Notes under the pieces: model-generated
What the model was told of the DNA's origin: nothing
The model's input: the letters and a program-made list of their open reading frames with translations, nothing else
Database searches by the model: none
IMG/VR virus record: IMGVR_UViG_3300027850_000083
Span: 1 to 52,479 of that record
DNA from: a virus
Lineage: Duplodnaviria > Caudoviricetes
Strand: one strand, 5' to 3'
Length of the DNA: 52,479 bases
Program-made: the position numbers and the translations under genes
Part shown: positions 26,240 through 34,972 of the stretch, in pieces
How the letters are laid out: each line of letters starts with the position of its first letter
Position numbering within the stretch: the first letter of the stretch is position 1

Positions 26240-27321
26240 AGACCATGAAGAGACTCGATCCGTTCAAGGGTGTGGACCCTGAGAACGACCCCACGCCCGA
26301 GAATCTCTGGCTGACTGAGTTGATGAATGCCACCACTCCTGGAGAGGTAGAGCGCATTCGCGGGCGCAAGCCCATCACTGCTGCTGCTGCTGCTGATGGT
26401 GATTGGACGCCCCCGTTGGAGTTCGGCGACTACCCCGGCCACCCGTTCAGAGGGAATCAGTGGACGGATGGCGGCGGATCCAAGCAGAGTGCTCTCACGG
26501 CTGACCAGTTTGCCAAGAAGCTCGGGAATCAGACTGGCCCTCGACTCTTCAAAGCGCGTGATGCTGGACCTGCGATGGTGAAACTCATGGATGGTCGTCC
26601 CGAGTTGAAGGAGCAGATGGATGCGTTGTTAGCGCAACCAGGGACCAAGGACCGTCTCGACGCGTACTGGGAGAGCAACCAGCGTGGTCCGCGCCCAGAC
26701 GACTACACGGCACTCGCGACCGAACGAGCTGACAACTACAAAGTCGAGTGGGATCGCTTCGGGTCCAACGAGCTGGGCGTCACGACGGTAGCGATTCAGC
26801 AGGCCACGGCGGACGAGTTCAGCGCAGTCTCTAGTGGGTTCAACAACTACCGCAAGGATGCTCTCGATTCAGAGACCAACCGAGAAGCGACCGACCTCAC
26901 CTCATCCGAAGGAGAGATAGCGCGCGCGTACGTTCGAGCGGAGTACGACGCAACGCAGTCGTACTTTGCTGATCGTGGGCTCAAGCCAGACGACGAGGTC
27001 ACACTGCTTCGTGGGACATCGCTCACTGATTCAGATGGCAACGAGCTTCCGATCCCAGCGGGATTTCCTCCCCGTGGTAGCGACACGGAGTCCAAGGTCG
27101 ATACGACGTTGAACCCAGCATCGTCGTTCACCTTCGATCCGAAGGTTGCTGCGATGTTCGCCGATTCTTCTGCGGGCGGGTGGGTGTTGCGCGACACGGT
27201 GAAGGTGAGCGACATGCTCTCCATCCCGAAGATTGGCCGTGGCGTGGGCACCGAGGCAGAGGTTCTCGTCAAAGGCGGAACGCGTTCACTCGACGTGAAG
27301 TTCCGACCAGCAGAGTTCTGA
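26236..27321 (+). CDS. effector protein B: tag + R-S-E type ADP-ribosyltransferase
   Basis: ATGA coupling; one tag; LLRG...ASSFT...FA...EAEVLV pattern. Confidence 0.75.
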   Translation: MKTMKRLDPFKGVDPENDPTPENLWLTELMNATTPGEVERIRGRKPITAAAAADGDWTPPLEFGDYPGHPFRGNQWTDGGGSKQSALTADQFAKKLGNQTGPRLFKARDAGPAMVKLMDGRPELKEQMDALLAQPGTKDRLDAYWESNQRGPRPDDYTALATERADNYKVEWDRFGSNELGVTTVAIQQATADEFSAVSSGFNNYRKDALDSETNREATDLTSSEGEIARAYVRAEYDATQSYFADRGLKPDDEVTLLRGTSLTDSDGNELPIPAGFPPRGSDTESKVDTTLNPASSFTFDPKVAAMFADSSAGGWVLRDTVKVSDMLSIPKIGRGVGTEAEVLVKGGTRSLDVKFRPAEF

Positions 27322-28907
27322 TGGCCTTCTACCTCGACGACCCGAAGATCCAACGCCGGAGTCGCAACCTCGCGCTCGCGTGGATTCCTCCGTGGGAACG
27401 AACGGAGTTCGGCGACTACCCCGGCCACCCGTTTCGCGGGAATCAGCACACTGACGCAGCCGGGGGCCGTCAGGCGACGAGTGACTACCACGATTCTGAT
27501 GAGCCAGGCCCATACGGTAACGGGAAGGTGCTGCAAGCGAAGCACGACGGGAAGGTCGTCGGTGAGCTGGAACACAAGATCAGCGGTCGCACGCTGACGC
27601 TCTACAACATCAAGGTCGACTCCTCCGTGCGGCGCCAGGGCGAAGCGAGCAAGATGCTTGATCACCTCGTCGAGCGACACAACGTGGCTCGGGTGCAGGT
27701 TGCCACGACGTTCACTGATGATGGTCACGGTTGGATGCTCGATTGGGAACGGAAGCACCCAGATCTCATTGCCCCGAAGGACGACTGGGCGAAGCTGCAC
27801 GACCGCATGTACGAGCGGAGGATGGCGGAGAAGACATCGGCGTCACTCACCGTCTTCGCGTACGAGACGTTCGGCGACTACCCCGGCCACCCGTTCCGCG
27901 GAAACCAGTGGACTGACGCAGCCGGGAACAGTGTCGCTGAGAAGAGCAACGACCCGCCCGAAGGGGCGAGACCCGAGTTCAAGGAGGGTGACGACTACGA
28001 CAAGTACCGCCCGCGTGATCAGGCGTGGAAGGCGCAGATGGAGCGTGCGCTCTCGATGGGCACGATCACCGAGAAGGATGCCGAGAAACGCGGGTTCTAC
28101 TCGACGTACTCCACCGACGGTTGGAAGCCGCTTCCCGACACGCTGTATCACGTCACGACTGCGAAGGACGCTGTCGAGCGCGACGGGCTCAAGACACGCG
28201 ACGAACTGGACATGGGCAGAGGAGCTGGGCTCGGCGGCGGTGAGTCGGACACGATCAGCTTCACGACCGATCCAGACATCGCAGCAGCGGTTGAGTACGG
28301 ACTCCGCGAGATGCACCAAGCCGCCAACGGTGAGATCACGCCCGCTGAGCTGATCGCACGCGCTGAACGCCCCGACGCTGACGAAGCACCGAAGCCGTTC
28401 GTCACGGACATGATGCAGTACCACGACAGAAACTGGCAGCCAGGACAGCCGTATCCCGAAGGCGTGCGCAACCTGCTCTCTGGTGAGAAGCGACTCAGCT
28501 ATGCCGAGGGCGGCAGCATAACCAAGCCGACCACGGAAACAGAAGCGGCGGAGAAGGGCTGGCGTCCGGCTGACTCAGCAATACCGATCGTTGGTGGCGA
28601 CGGCATCGAGCGTTACATGAACTGGGTCCGACCGATGACGCCTGACGAGAAGACCGAAGCAGAGGTCGACTGGTACAAGCACTATTCGTACTGGCGAGAC
28701 GCAGCAGGTGGGCGCACCGATCCGTTGTTCTTCACCTCGGACACCAAGGCGCTCGCAGCGATGAACCCCGACCAGTTCGCCACGTTGAAGTTCACGCCAG
28801 CACCAGGAGCCCAGGGCTACCAGACAAGCGGCATGGCCGAGTGGCGCACCAAGACGGGCGACGCAGTTCAGCTCGATGGAGTTGCCGCAGCGTTGGAGTT
28901 CGGCTAA
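27321..28907 (+). CDS. effector polyprotein C: tag + GNAT acetyltransferase + tag + ART-like domain
   Basis: TGATG coupling; IKVDSSVRRQGEASKML (GNAT motif A); LYHVTT..DGLK..ISFTTD; ends AAALEFG-stop. Confidence 0.78.
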   Translation: MAFYLDDPKIQRRSRNLALAWIPPWERTEFGDYPGHPFRGNQHTDAAGGRQATSDYHDSDEPGPYGNGKVLQAKHDGKVVGELEHKISGRTLTLYNIKVDSSVRRQGEASKMLDHLVERHNVARVQVATTFTDDGHGWMLDWERKHPDLIAPKDDWAKLHDRMYERRMAEKTSASLTVFAYETFGDYPGHPFRGNQWTDAAGNSVAEKSNDPPEGARPEFKEGDDYDKYRPRDQAWKAQMERALSMGTITEKDAEKRGFYSTYSTDGWKPLPDTLYHVTTAKDAVERDGLKTRDELDMGRGAGLGGGESDTISFTTDPDIAAAVEYGLREMHQAANGEITPAELIARAERPDADEAPKPFVTDMMQYHDRNWQPGQPYPEGVRNLLSGEKRLSYAEGGSITKPTTETEAAEKGWRPADSAIPIVGGDGIERYMNWVRPMTPDEKTEAEVDWYKHYSYWRDAAGGRTDPLFFTSDTKALAAMNPDQFATLKFTPAPGAQGYQTSGMAEWRTKTGDAVQLDGVAAALEFG

Positions 28908-28967
28908 AAACCGCCTGACGATCCCTAAGGTCACCATCGCCGAGCTGGGCTAAAAACCGCCTGACGA
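28896..28967 (+). repeat. direct repeat GGCTAAAAACCGCCTGACGA (2 copies)
   Basis: exact 20-mer at 28902-28921 and 28948-28967, preceded by GAGTTC and GAGCTG respectively. Confidence 0.9.
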
Positions 28968-28999
28968 AACCAGGTGGCGCCAAATCTCGCCGGTATCGT
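28952..28999 (+). promoter_or_regulatory. 19-bp motif + 23 nt + -10 (TATCGT) upstream of the protease
   Basis: AAAAACCGCCTGACGAAAC 28952-28970; TATCGT 28994-28999; ATG at 29008. Confidence 0.65.
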
Positions 29000-29007
29000 C
29001 CGCGGTC

Positions 29008-30501
29008 ATGGTCTCTATCGTTGCGCGCCGTGGGTACGAGCAGTTCTTGATCGACGCTGGTGAAGGCCGAGGGCAGGTCTTCGACGCCGTCCAGAATCGC
29101 CTCTTCGAACCGTTCGCCATCGACGACATCGTCGCCCGTGGCTTCTGGATCCCGACGACGACCTCGCTCATCGAGGCGAGCGTCATGGAGAAGATCGAAG
29201 CCGCGTTGCCGTTGGACACGGTCACCGCTGCGGGCAAGTCCGGCATCAAACGCGGCAAGGGTCCGGGTGAGTTCACGCTCACGCTGATCGACGAGGCCGA
29301 ACCGACCATCGATGGTCGCGTGTTCGATGGCGACGCTGTGACGTGGCGGGACCCCCCGCTCTCGCTCATGTACCTCACCGAGAACGTGCGCGACGGGCAC
29401 AAGGGCGCCAAGGTCGGGGGTTCGATCCAAGAGATCTGGCGCGAGGGTTCGAAGATCCTCGGCCGCGGCACGTTCGAGTCCGGTGACAACGGCCAGGAGC
29501 TGCGGCGGCTCATGGATGAAGGAGCGCTCACGGGTGTCAGCTCCGACGTCGGCGGCGCACTCGTCATCGACGAACTGAGCGAAGACGGTTCGAAACAGAG
29601 TCGGATCACCACGGGCAAGATCATGGGCGCCACCGTGTTGCCTTTCCCGGCGTTCGACGACACGCGCGCCGCCATCGCTGCTGCTGCGGTCATCGTTGCT
29701 GCGATCCCGGAGAACCCTCCGGCCGAGTGGTTCGAGAACCCGAAGCTCTCCGGACCGATGCCGTTCACCATCGACGAGATGGGGCGCATCACCGGACACG
29801 CAGCGCTCTGGGGTACGTGTCACATCGGCACGACCGGCCAGTGCATCACGCCGCCGAACTCGCGTCACGACTACGCCTACTTCCACACCGGCGAGGTGTT
29901 CTGCGCCGACGGGAAGCGTCGAGCCGTCGGAACGGTCACGCTCGGCACCGGTCACGCCAAGCTCGCACTCGGCTACCGACCTGCTGCGGAGCACTACGAC
30001 AACACTGGCACCCAGGTTGCTGATGTCGTCACCGGTGAAGATGCTCATGGCGTCTGGGTCGCCGGAGCGCTGCGACCGAACGTCTCGCCGGAGCGCCTAC
30101 GCGAGCTGCGTGCATCAGCACTGTCCGGCGATTGGCGATCGGTTGGCGGCGGACTGGAGTTGGTTGCGCTGCTCGCCGTCAACACGCCTGGCTTCCCGAT
30201 CCCGCGCACGCGGGCGAGCTTCTCCGACGAGGCCCCGCTTGCGATGGTCGCAGCCGGGATCCCCGGCACCGAGCACACCCACGAACAGGAGACGCCCGTG
30301 GCCGAAGATGAAGCGACGACCGCCAGCGCCAACTCGAACTGCAACTGCGGTTCGGGTGAGGCGGAGCTGGCCGTCGAAGAGATGAGCGTCGAGGAGATGC
30401 AGTCCCTCAGTGATCGCCTCGACGGCATCGAGACGGCACTCACTGCCATCGCGACGCACGTTGCTGAGCGCACGCTGCGGGAAGCTCCGAGCTTGGTCTG
30501 A
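29008..30501 (+). CDS. capsid maturation (prohead) protease, two-domain actinophage type
   Basis: domain 1 TIDGR..GHKGAKVGG..GVSSD..GATVLPFPAF; domain 2 GHAALWGTCH..GTGHA..HYDN..GEDAHGVWVAG..LSGDWR..AVNTPGF. Confidence 0.8.
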   Translation: MVSIVARRGYEQFLIDAGEGRGQVFDAVQNRLFEPFAIDDIVARGFWIPTTTSLIEASVMEKIEAALPLDTVTAAGKSGIKRGKGPGEFTLTLIDEAEPTIDGRVFDGDAVTWRDPPLSLMYLTENVRDGHKGAKVGGSIQEIWREGSKILGRGTFESGDNGQELRRLMDEGALTGVSSDVGGALVIDELSEDGSKQSRITTGKIMGATVLPFPAFDDTRAAIAAAAVIVAAIPENPPAEWFENPKLSGPMPFTIDEMGRITGHAALWGTCHIGTTGQCITPPNSRHDYAYFHTGEVFCADGKRRAVGTVTLGTGHAKLALGYRPAAEHYDNTGTQVADVVTGEDAHGVWVAGALRPNVSPERLRELRASALSGDWRSVGGGLELVALLAVNTPGFPIPRTRASFSDEAPLAMVAAGIPGTEHTHEQETPVAEDEATTASANSNCNCGSGEAELAVEEMSVEEMQSLSDRLDGIETALTAIATHVAERTLREAPSLV

Positions 30502-30505
30502 GGTC

Positions 30506-31060
30506 GTGTCCACTCCGAAGACACGCTCTCTGGAGGTCTACCAGGGGGACGACTTCGCCAAGGAGCTTCGCTTCGCGCGTGCGTTCGTCGAAGCGGATAT
30601 CACCACCGGGTCCGACATCATCAGGAGCACTGGATGTCTTGGCCGGTTCGAGACGTACTACGCAGGCTCGGTGATCCGTGGCTACGGAGTCCCCAACGGC
30701 ACGACACTGATCAGCGCAGCACTCACCGAAGCGCAGATGTCGGCCGTAGCCACCGAAGACGTTCCCTCAGTTGATGTGAAGCGATACCAGTACGCGATCG
30801 CTCCGTTCGATCTCACTGGCTACACCTTCCTCGCCCAGATTCGTGCGCAACCGCGTTGGGCGAGTCCACCGCTGCTGACCTTCTCGATGGGACTCGCTAA
30901 CGCAGCAGTCGGTGAGATCACCATGACGGCGAATGACACTCAGACGACAGTGCTTCCGACGAATGGGTGGTGGGACTTCCAAGCAACGCTCAACGGGATC
31001 ACCACGACGTGGATGCGCGGCCCCGTGATTTCAGGGCGCGAGATCTCGCGAGTCCCATGA
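30506..31060 (+). CDS. putative virion structural protein
   Basis: [30 protein letters not shown] pattern common in phage structural proteins. Confidence 0.6.
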   Translation: MSTPKTRSLEVYQGDDFAKELRFARAFVEADITTGSDIIRSTGCLGRFETYYAGSVIRGYGVPNGTTLISAALTEAQMSAVATEDVPSVDVKRYQYAIAPFDLTGYTFLAQIRAQPRWASPPLLTFSMGLANAAVGEITMTANDTQTTVLPTNGWWDFQATLNGITTTWMRGPVISGREISRVP

Positions 31061-31815
31061 CCGACGTCCTGCTGATCCAGGTCGACGCGTCGAGCCCCGC
31101 CGACTTCGATGTCGCTCTTACTCAGGGCGAGTTCGACATCTTCGAGGGCGGTCCCATCGGACCTCAGGGACAACAAGGCCCAACTGGCCCAACTGGCCCC
31201 GCGGGCGTCACCGGAGTGACCGGAGTGACCGGCGCAACTGGCGTCGGCACGACGGGTGCAACTGGTCCTCAAGGCACAACCGGCGCAACTGGCGTCGGCA
31301 CGACGGGTGCAACTGGTCCTCAAGGCACAACCGGCGTCACCGGCCCAGCGGGTGCGGGCGTGACCGGCGTCACCGGCGCAACGGGCGTGACCGGCGTCAC
31401 CGGCGTCACCGGCCCAGCGGGTGCGGGCGTGACCGGCGTCACCGGCGTGACCGGCGCAACGGGTGCGGGAGTGACCGGCGCAACTGGCGTCACTGGCCCC
31501 GCGGGTGCTGGCGTCACCGGCGTGACCGGAGTGACCGGCGTCACCGGCGTGACCGGCCCGGCGGGTGCGGGAGTGACCGGCGCAACGGGAGTGACCGGCC
31601 CAGCGGGTGCGGGAGTGACTGGCGTCACCGGCGTGACCGGCGCTGGAGTGACCGGCGCAACGGGCGTCACCGGAGTGACCGGCGTGACCGGCGCAACAGG
31701 TCCGACAGGTCCGACGGGTGTCACGGGCGTCGGCGTCACCGGCGTCACCGGAGCAACGGGTGCTGGTGGGACTGCTGGTTCGTACAAGACTCAACTACTC
31801 CTGATGGGCGGATGA
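31057..31815 (+). CDS. collagen-like protein with G-X-T repeats
   Basis: ~200 aa of [12 protein letters not shown] triplets; start at ATG 31057 (ATGA overlap). Confidence 0.9.
   Translation: MTDVLLIQVDASSPADFDVALTQGEFDIFEGGPIGPQGQQGPTGPTGPAGVTGVTGVTGATGVGTTGATGPQGTTGATGVGTTGATGPQGTTGVTGPAGAGVTGVTGATGVTGVTGVTGPAGAGVTGVTGVTGATGAGVTGATGVTGPAGAGVTGVTGVTGVTGVTGPAGAGVTGATGVTGPAGAGVTGVTGVTGAGVTGATGVTGVTGVTGATGPTGPTGVTGVGVTGVTGATGAGGTAGSYKTQLLLMGG
31147..31765 (+). repeat. 9-bp-period coding tandem repeat (GGC GTC/GTG ACC)
   Basis: collagen region with longer duplicated blocks. Confidence 0.9.
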
Positions 31816-31816
31816 C

Positions 31817-32146
31817 ATGCCAGCCACGTTGAAAGTGCTCGGCCAGGCGGCTCCACTCGCCGCGACCGAGACGGATCTCTACACGGTGCCGGGAGCTACC
31901 TCGACGGTCGTCTCGACGGTGATGATCTGCAACCGCAGCGCTACACCGACGACGTTTCGGCTTAGCATCGCGGTTGGCGGTGGAGCAACAACAAACCCGG
32001 ACTACATAGCGTTCGACGCTCCGATCGGAGCGAACGACGTCATCGGTCTCACCATCGGAGCGACGCTCGCCGCCACCGACAAGATCAGATGCTACGCGAC
32101 GCTTGCGACCGTGTCGTTCTCGGCGTTCGGTGAAGAGAACACCTGA
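31817..32146 (+). CDS. small putative virion protein
   Basis: KVLGQAAP..TDLYTVP..ICNRS..FSAFGEE, beta-rich. Confidence 0.7.
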   Translation: MPATLKVLGQAAPLAATETDLYTVPGATSTVVSTVMICNRSATPTTFRLSIAVGGGATTNPDYIAFDAPIGANDVIGLTIGATLAATDKIRCYATLATVSFSAFGEENT

Positions 32147-33156
32147 TGGCGGTCGAGACGCTCGCTCCCTCGACCACCGGCGCGTCGGGTGCATCAGGAC
32201 TTGCTGGTGCGACGGGCGCGAGTCCGACCGGACCAACAGGCCAAGGTGGCGAGCGTGCAGTGGCGGCGCTCGGGTTCTTCGGTGATGGAAGCGACGGGGC
32301 ATGGAATCCGGACGGCACGGACGGAGCGCTCGCGTTCTACACGTACGGGGTGTTCTTAGGGTTTGGCGTCTACACGCTCACGCGCGACATCTATCTCACG
32401 TCGTTCACGTCATCGATCTCCATCATCGCCCCTTCGGGCTTCCGCATCTTCTGCACCGGGACATTGACTCTCAGTGCTGATTCATTCATCGTCCGCACCG
32501 GAAGCGCCGCTAGCGGCCAAACCGCTGGCGCTGCTCTCGTTGCTGGAACAATCGGCGGTAGCGGAGCGGGGAGTAATGGAGGGTCTGAGGGCACAGCACT
32601 TTCGGCATCAGCGATCTTTCAATCGATCGGAGCTGACTCTGGTGCAGGTGGGTCTTCGGCAGGCGGCGGGGGCATCGGCGGAGGTGCGACGGGTGCGAAC
32701 GTCAACCGGCCAACTGCGGCGGAAGGCGGCGTCCCCAAGACTCCTGTCATGGCGACCCTCGCGCGAGTCGTTGGCGCTACCACCCTGGTCAGGGGTGGGT
32801 CGGGTGGTACGGGGGGCAATGCGACCGCTGGCGCTGGGAGCCTTGGCGGTGGCGGCGGTGGCGGAGCGGGCATCGTGTTCATCGCTGCAAATGTGCTCAT
32901 CATCAACGGCGCAATTCAAGCCATTGGTGGAGCAGGAGGCAACGCTGCTCTCGGAGCGGGAACTGGAGCAGGCGGCGGCGCAGGTGGCGGCGGCGGTGCG
33001 CTCATTCTGATCTACCACATCCGTGGAGGCTCAGTGACGCTCTCCCCCGGATTGAATTGCGCCGGAGGAGTGGGCGGGAATCCAGTTGGGACGGGAAACT
33101 TCGGCGGAGCAGGCAGCCCTACGGTTCCAGGCACCATCACCGAGATCGTCGTATGA
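32146..33156 (+). CDS. glycine-rich putative virion fibre protein 1
   Basis: short collagen-like N-terminus, FGDGSDG, GGGGGGAG tracts. Confidence 0.75.
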   Translation: MAVETLAPSTTGASGASGLAGATGASPTGPTGQGGERAVAALGFFGDGSDGAWNPDGTDGALAFYTYGVFLGFGVYTLTRDIYLTSFTSSISIIAPSGFRIFCTGTLTLSADSFIVRTGSAASGQTAGAALVAGTIGGSGAGSNGGSEGTALSASAIFQSIGADSGAGGSSAGGGGIGGGATGANVNRPTAAEGGVPKTPVMATLARVVGATTLVRGGSGGTGGNATAGAGSLGGGGGGGAGIVFIAANVLIINGAIQAIGGAGGNAALGAGTGAGGGAGGGGGALILIYHIRGGSVTLSPGLNCAGGVGGNPVGTGNFGGAGSPTVPGTITEIVV

Positions 33157-34139
33157 GCACGCAACGCCTAGCACCGACGAGCGCTGGAGCGACCGGAGCA
33201 ACCGGCCCAACGGGCACGACGGGCGTCACCGGAGTGACTGGCGCAACGGGTCCAACGGGTGTGACGGGTCCAATCGCTCTCGGCGTATTTGGCGACGGAT
33301 CAGATGGTGGTGTCACCTTCGATGGGTCGAACGCGGTAGCTGGAACGACGCGCTCGGGCTCGACGTACACACTGACCCGCGACGTCTACTACATCGACGC
33401 CACGGTGAACTCGGGAAGCATCATCGTCATGGCGGGATTCCGGATGTTCTGCACCGGGACGCTGTGGGTCAAGAGTGGCGGTCTCGTCCACGGCGATGGC
33501 AACGCATCAGTCACGTCAACCGGCGGCGGCACGCTTAGTGGTGGCACGCTTGGTGCGGCGGGCAACGGTGGCAACGGAGCGGCCGGAGGGGCGGGTGGTG
33601 TTGCCGGAGGAGTTTCAAACGCACTCGGAGGCAACGGTGGTGACGGTGGCGCTGCGACCGGAGGTGGTGTCGGTGGTGGCGGAGCGGGAGCAACAGCGAC
33701 GGCGCCTACGGCAGCAAGTGGGCTCCCGCGTCACCTCGTATCGCTCATCACTGCGACGATTCAAGCGGCCGTGACCATCTACACCGGAGCAGCAGGCGGG
33801 CGCGCTGGTAACGCTTCGGCTGGCACTGGCCTCGGCGGTGGCGGTGGCGGTGGGGCTCGTGTGATCGGCCTCTACGCCAACGTGCTGATCTGTGACGGGA
33901 CGATCCGGTGTCTCGGTGGCGATGGTGGCCCCGCAGTCGTCGGCTCATCGGTGAACGTCGGCGGCGGCGGAGGAGGAGGCGGAGGGGCGATCATGGTCGC
34001 GTACCGCACCAAGTCGGGGACGAACTCGACGTTCACGGCCGCTACCGTCTGTGCGGGTGGCGCAGGTGGCGCACCCGCCGGAACCGGAGCGACTGGTGCT
34101 GCGGGTTCGGTCGGACACGTCTACGAGGTGCCCTGTTGA
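33153..34139 (+). CDS. glycine-rich putative virion fibre protein 2 (paralog)
   Basis: G-X-T N-terminus, FGDGSDG, YTLTRDVY, GFRMFCTGTL; ATGA coupling. Confidence 0.75.
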   Translation: MSTQRLAPTSAGATGATGPTGTTGVTGVTGATGPTGVTGPIALGVFGDGSDGGVTFDGSNAVAGTTRSGSTYTLTRDVYYIDATVNSGSIIVMAGFRMFCTGTLWVKSGGLVHGDGNASVTSTGGGTLSGGTLGAAGNGGNGAAGGAGGVAGGVSNALGGNGGDGGAATGGGVGGGGAGATATAPTAASGLPRHLVSLITATIQAAVTIYTGAAGGRAGNASAGTGLGGGGGGGARVIGLYANVLICDGTIRCLGGDGGPAVVGSSVNVGGGGGGGGGAIMVAYRTKSGTNSTFTAATVCAGGAGGAPAGTGATGAAGSVGHVYEVPC

Positions 34140-34957
34140 GCGTCGAGAAGCTGTCGGGTGGTCCCACTGGTCCGATTGGGCCAACTGGCGCTATGGGTCC
34201 GACTGGTGCAACGTCGACGCTGAACCTGACCGTGATCGAACAAGATCTCGGTTCGCTGTTGCGTTACTCCGGGACGTTCGACATCGCCGGACTGTCCGGA
34301 CTCAGCGCGGGGACCTCGGTGCTCGTTGTGCAGCTTGCAGGTGCGTACACCGGCAAGGGTGACCGTTACGACGAGGTCGAAGACGACATGGTCACCGCCA
34401 CGGGGGTCGCCGTGGACGCTACGACGATCCGCGTGTTCTGGCAGTCGGTCGAAGCACCAGTGAGCGGGAACATCCGGTTCGGCTACAGCGTCAGCAATGC
34501 AGGCACTGTTCTCGCAGTCGGGTTGCGGCGCTTCGCTGTTGGTGGGATCGAACCTGCGAATGCTGTTTCAGGATTCACTGCGCAGTCTGATGCTTCAAGT
34601 CCGACTCCTGGATACCGTGGATACGCCCAAGCAGTAGTGCAGAACTCGACGATTGACTACGAGCTGCTGTTGGAATCTGGCACCTGGTCGTTCACGATCA
34701 CTTCACCGAAGAACAACAACGCCGCGATCATCAGCACGCTAATGAAGCTGGACGGTGGGGCGTTTGGTGCGACCGTTGCCGACTTCGATCTTTACAACGC
34801 AGGTCTCACCTATGACAACATCTCTACTGTGACCGGTATTGTCATAGCGACGACCGGGCGTTATACGATCCGTCTCACGAACGCTACGAAGAACGCGTCA
34901 TCATCTGACTTCTCAGCGTACTTTGCGATGTTCGTCGGTGCCCGCACGGGCGCATAG
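34136..34957 (+). CDS. putative virion protein with short collagen N-terminus and beta-sandwich C-terminus
   Basis: TTGA-coupled start, GPTGPIGPTGAMGPTGAT, GRYTIRLTNATKNASS. Confidence 0.65.
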   Translation: MSVEKLSGGPTGPIGPTGAMGPTGATSTLNLTVIEQDLGSLLRYSGTFDIAGLSGLSAGTSVLVVQLAGAYTGKGDRYDEVEDDMVTATGVAVDATTIRVFWQSVEAPVSGNIRFGYSVSNAGTVLAVGLRRFAVGGIEPANAVSGFTAQSDASSPTPGYRGYAQAVVQNSTIDYELLLESGTWSFTITSPKNNNAAIISTLMKLDGGAFGATVADFDLYNAGLTYDNISTVTGIVIATTGRYTIRLTNATKNASSSDFSAYFAMFVGARTGA

Positions 34958-34972
34958 GAACAGGGAGCAATC

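Larger units (their letters stand above)
22256..27914 (+). repeat. dispersed 48-nt coding repeat, 8 copies (EFGDYPGHPFRGNQWT)
   Basis: copies at 22256, 23006, 23807, 24782, 25280, 26419, 27405, 27867; truncated EFG-stop at 28896. Confidence 0.97.

Noticed and set aside
22256-27914. 48-nt repeats as a CRISPR array
   Set aside because: Intervals are 400-1100 nt, in frame and protein-coding; variation is mostly synonymous; no cas genes
22226-28907. Diversity-generating retroelement or intein explanation for the repeats
   Set aside because: No reverse transcriptase, no adenine-specific variation, no intein C/S...HN termini
30940-31794. Antisense repeat ORFs (PVT-rich and AGHAGD-rich)
   Set aside because: Shadows of the collagen repeat
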